From: Raillietiella orientalis
Taxonomy: Eukaryota
Assembly: GCA_036172245.1 (NCBI GenBank)
Contig: JAYWIR010000021.1
Span: 3,100,001-3,164,000, forward strand
Direction: 5' to 3'
DNA length: 64,000 nt
How positions within the stretch are numbered: the first letter of the stretch is position 1; each line of letters starts with the position of its first letter. The position numbers and the translations under genes are program-made. The notes beneath the pieces were generated by a model. The model did no database searches. It saw only the letters and a program-made list of their open reading frames with translations, and had not been told where the DNA came from. Shown piece after piece: positions 60,331-64,000 of this stretch.

Positions 60331-62119
60331 AATCTTTCCGGTGACGACGATCTGTCTTTGAAAAGTTCCATCGCATTCCTTTATTTCGAAAATAAATAAA
60401 AGGTGTGAGATGTGGATATCCCTCATTGCGCGCGCTGAATCGAACCTTCCTGATGAAGATGCCCGTTTCGTTTCATCTTCATCAATAATTTGATCTTTTG
60501 CACGCTCCAAAACGAAGGTGCTCCCTTCCAGGACACCACTCATAAGCTCTCGGAGTACTCACCTTTTGGATTGCTTGCTAACCCAAAACTCCTTAGCGAG
60601 GAAACCGAGTCCTCTGCGGTTCCTATCAAGGAACAACTCTTAGGGTCGTGGAGACGGAGAGCAAAAGCCTTCTTGATTACGAAATGCACTCTTGAGGGTG
60701 GCTTATCAATCGAGTGGACATCATCTCATGCTGGGTACTTGGGGAGAGAATGAAATGCCTTAAGAATTCAGGGAAGTACCTTAGTTTTGGTTCTTCGAAT
60801 ACAAAGAATCCTCGATGGTCAATCTGAAACGTGCCTTTCACTCCTACCCTTCCACATCGGTCTCCTCGACAAGTTTTACGAATTTGTAGTTTCCACCGTT
60901 GTTCTTCAGCTGCTCATTGTCTTAATAAAGTGGCCACCACAAGGAGCAACCTCTGGAAAATGTTTTCATTTGGATAACAGGTCAGCGGGCACTTGGTCTG
61001 AAACGCCGAAACTGCTTGGATACTGAAAATTGGCCCCTCACATACGTCATCTTTTCTCTGATTTCAATGAGCAGATCAAAAAGGAGAGATCGATAACTGG
61101 AAGTGCACTAAATAGAGTGCATTGGATTAATTCAGTTTTCCATTTCCTGTATCTTAATGCCTCGCGGTCACTAAGATTTGCATCCTCCACTTCGCTGACC
61201 CTCTGACGAAGAATTTTCACGGGAACTGCACTTGTAAAGTGGCTTCCTCGCAAAAAAAAAAAAAAAAAAAAATCTTTGAAAAAAACACGGAATGATCGTT
61301 CAAGAGATATCTCAGAGTAAGAGTCAGCCAGCCATTGGAACTGATAGAAGATGGAAGTTCTGGATGGATAACTTTATAGTCATGGAAATGAAGATCTTCG
61401 TCAACTTACACACTAACGCTACCCGTGCTGTGTGAGATAAATGGGTCAGAAGATTTCCGTGTAACGAATCGCTTTTTATCCCCAGTTACGGTCGGCAAAC
61501 ATTCAAGCAAGAAGGAACAATTTGGGAATGATGTTCATTTTAATAGCCCGACCTAGTCTTTGTAAAAAGCATCCTTTCAATGATTTATAGCAGTCCTGCA
61601 GGATCGCACAGCAAAAGAGCCCAAAAGCGGCGCTCACCCAGCAGCACCAGCAGACGCAAGCCTGATTCGCACCTAAGGTAAAAAAAAAGAAAAAGAAAAA
61701 AAGGGTTACGGAACACTAGCGTATGCAAGATAATGTACGTGTGTGTACTTTTACACGTGCTTGAATACATCAGTTTGCAGATTTACGTGTATTCGTATGA
61801 AAACACGCATGCATCATCTGTGAAATACGGATGGATGCGCACACACAAGAGAGAGAATGGAATCGGAACTTGCTACCCTTCTTTTGCTCCAGCCTTCCGC
61901 GTACACTGAAAACTGAGACGGACTGGAAGTGCAGTCTTCGAAGGGCGCACCCACAAGTCCCAACACACCTTGCATGAAGCGTCAAGGGATTTCAGTCTGC
62001 GCGAAGCAGGGATAACTCCGTAAGTACAGCGGAAATGCTCCTCCTGCGGAAATTCTTTTCCAGACGTTCCGTGATGGCAGCCAAAGAAAAGAAATCACAG
62101 GCAGGGATCACAGGAAAAA

Positions 62120-63960
62120 GAGGAAAAAACATTGCCAAACTAGAGCGCGGCTCGTCCTCACCCGGAAAAGATCGATGCATGGCGATCGAACGAACACAGT
62201 AAGGCAATGAATCCGTTTTCTTGCAAGCAAGAAGCTCATCTTACCGAGGACTCTTCCAGATGGACGGAAAAATCAGCGGGAATCGCCTGGTTGTCGACTA
62301 AACGGTCCTGCCTGCAAAGTTCCACCCGATCCTTCAAGTGCAGGAATAGACGGACACTTGGGTGCATCTTCAAAGCACCATTTGGTACAGCCAACCCGAT
62401 AATCCGCGAGAACTTCAGGAGACCTCGGTTCTCGTAAAGGGAGAGACCAGCTTAGCTTTCGGCAACGCCTCGAAAAAGGGAAGACCGGTGCCAAGGATTA
62501 AGATGACTGCAAATAGGACACCGAGCATTTCGACAGGACAGAACCAGTTGGTCGGCAGCCCTTTCTTCGAGCGCTCAAAAAGCAGTGACGCTGACCGGAG
62601 CTTCAGGCTGTAACCTGGAGGCAACTTTTTCCGCATCGCTCTCGTTCGCCAACACACCACCCGGAAGCTCTGGGAGCTGTTCACTGATGAATCGGAGGCA
62701 GTCAACACTTACACGATCTATCGGATCACTCTCTTTGATGCGGACGAAAGGTCGGAGAGAAGGACACCGAACCTACTGCCACATCGCCTACGTTGCAAGC
62801 TCTCCCGTAGGAACTGCCGCTCTTTTCAGGTGCTCGTCGACAAATCTTGTGGAATGCCCGACGCAGGTTCAGCAGTGGCATGGAGATTCCCTCCATTTGC
62901 TGCTCCTCCTGAGATTTCCTCTGCTGGTTTTCGACAGCGCCCTTCTTCCGCTCCCTTCTTCGCAAAAAGAGGAAGTTTTCTCTGCTCGAGGCAAAACGTG
63001 GAGCGTCCACTTCTTCAGTGCTCTTCCTTCTGGAACTGCCTTCAACAGGTTCCCGAATCGAAGCGATTTCGACCCGTCAAGATGAAAAGCACTCCTCTGC
63101 GTTACGAGCACAGAGCAAGTGTTCTCAGCATCATCCAGGTGCCGGATGGATCGGCTGTGCCGTGTTTCCTGGTAACTTGTCTTCCTCCGACCTTCGAAGC
63201 TGCATCGTCAAATCCGGCTGAAGCAGTGCCGCGAGCAGCGTGTCTCAGGGACCGATAGGAAAGGGAATTCGCTTAGCCTCGGAAGACGCCCCAAGGAGCC
63301 CGTGGCGTGCCGTGCCGCGATATGCCGGTTCGGTGTTCTCTCCATGCCTTGGACTGCAGTGCCGGCACGGCGTTCCGTTAGCGTTCTTCGTGTGCCGTGG
63401 CTCGAAGTGACGCGGTGATACTCCTGAAGCATAGTGTCGCGCCACGCTGGTGCAATGTTTTTCCCCTCTCCACCTCCTCCTCTTCTTCGTAGACGACCCA
63501 CTCGTCCCGGGAGCCCATCTCCAGCACTGCGCGGCAGCAGCCCACCTTGCTCCCCTGCCCTCATGCCTGCAGCAGAAAGCACCACTCTTGCCTTTCGAGC
63601 GAGTAGCGTAGATGACATTGTAGTTAGAGAGATGAAGACCTCGGAGGACTTCTCCGTCGTGCAGTGCACGCACAGCTCCTTCCTCTAGTTTCGGATCTGC
63701 GTCAGTTCTTCGATCTTGATCCCGATCTCGACGCAGTTCTGGAAGATGGGCTCGTTCTCGCGGACACTGGTCGCTAGGCGCCGAGGAGGCAGCGATTTCC
63801 CTCGGAATAGCTGGCCACCTCCAAGCTTCAGTAGTGGCACTCCCGGTCGTGGGACTCCTCCTTCGAAAGTGGTACTCCAGTTCCTCCGATCCGGACTTGG
63901 AGTACTTGCAGGGGAAAGGAGGTCGTTGGTGATGGCTTCGAGAGGACCTGACTCCTCCGC
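62120..63960 (-). mobile_element. Ty3/Gypsy pol fossil (RNase H remnant then integrase), probably continuing beyond the window
   Basis: LEAITND (~FxVxTDH), DPKL..VRAL, RDTMLQEYH..HGTRRTL..GM (integrase HHCC region), DPIDRVSVDC (~PFxRVxxD), NWFC..GV..VI..GT, LPYCV..HRS; the RNaseH-before-IN order fits Gypsy. Confidence 0.6.
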
Positions 63961-64000
63961 TTGCTAGGCGGGGAGCCTCACAGCGGGAGCGCGTCCCGCA

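Overview
This is GC-rich animal genomic DNA, probably arthropod-like, not prokaryotic. The only protein-coding gene I can support is a COUP-TF/seven-up (NR2F) nuclear receptor on the minus strand. It has three coding exons (12020-11708, 10557-10408, 5676-5140), all phase-1 GT-AG, giving 333 codons. The last LBD exon (helices 9-12) is not visible and presumably lies left of the window. The DNA-binding domain is unusually diverged for this near-invariant family. Read-through of the exon-3 donor stays open for 186 codons and is followed by ATTAAA, recalling the truncated Drosophila svp type-2 isoform. An exactly spaced Inr+DPE (TSS about 12500) sits back-to-back with a CCAAT+Inr on the plus strand (about 12840), suggesting a divergent transcript. 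The roughly 51 kb upstream is a gene desert of decayed transposon fossils (piggyBac, hAT, Harbinger, RTE and CR1/L2 LINEs, Gypsy), mostly on the minus strand. It also holds AT-rich motif-dense islands (candidate enhancers), microsatellites and several perfect short-spacer palindromes. TE calls come from remembered motifs read by eye across frameshifts, so their boundaries are approximate. I found no convincing wholly new biological system; the best leads are the svp isoform and divergence, the bidirectional promoter, and the palindromes.
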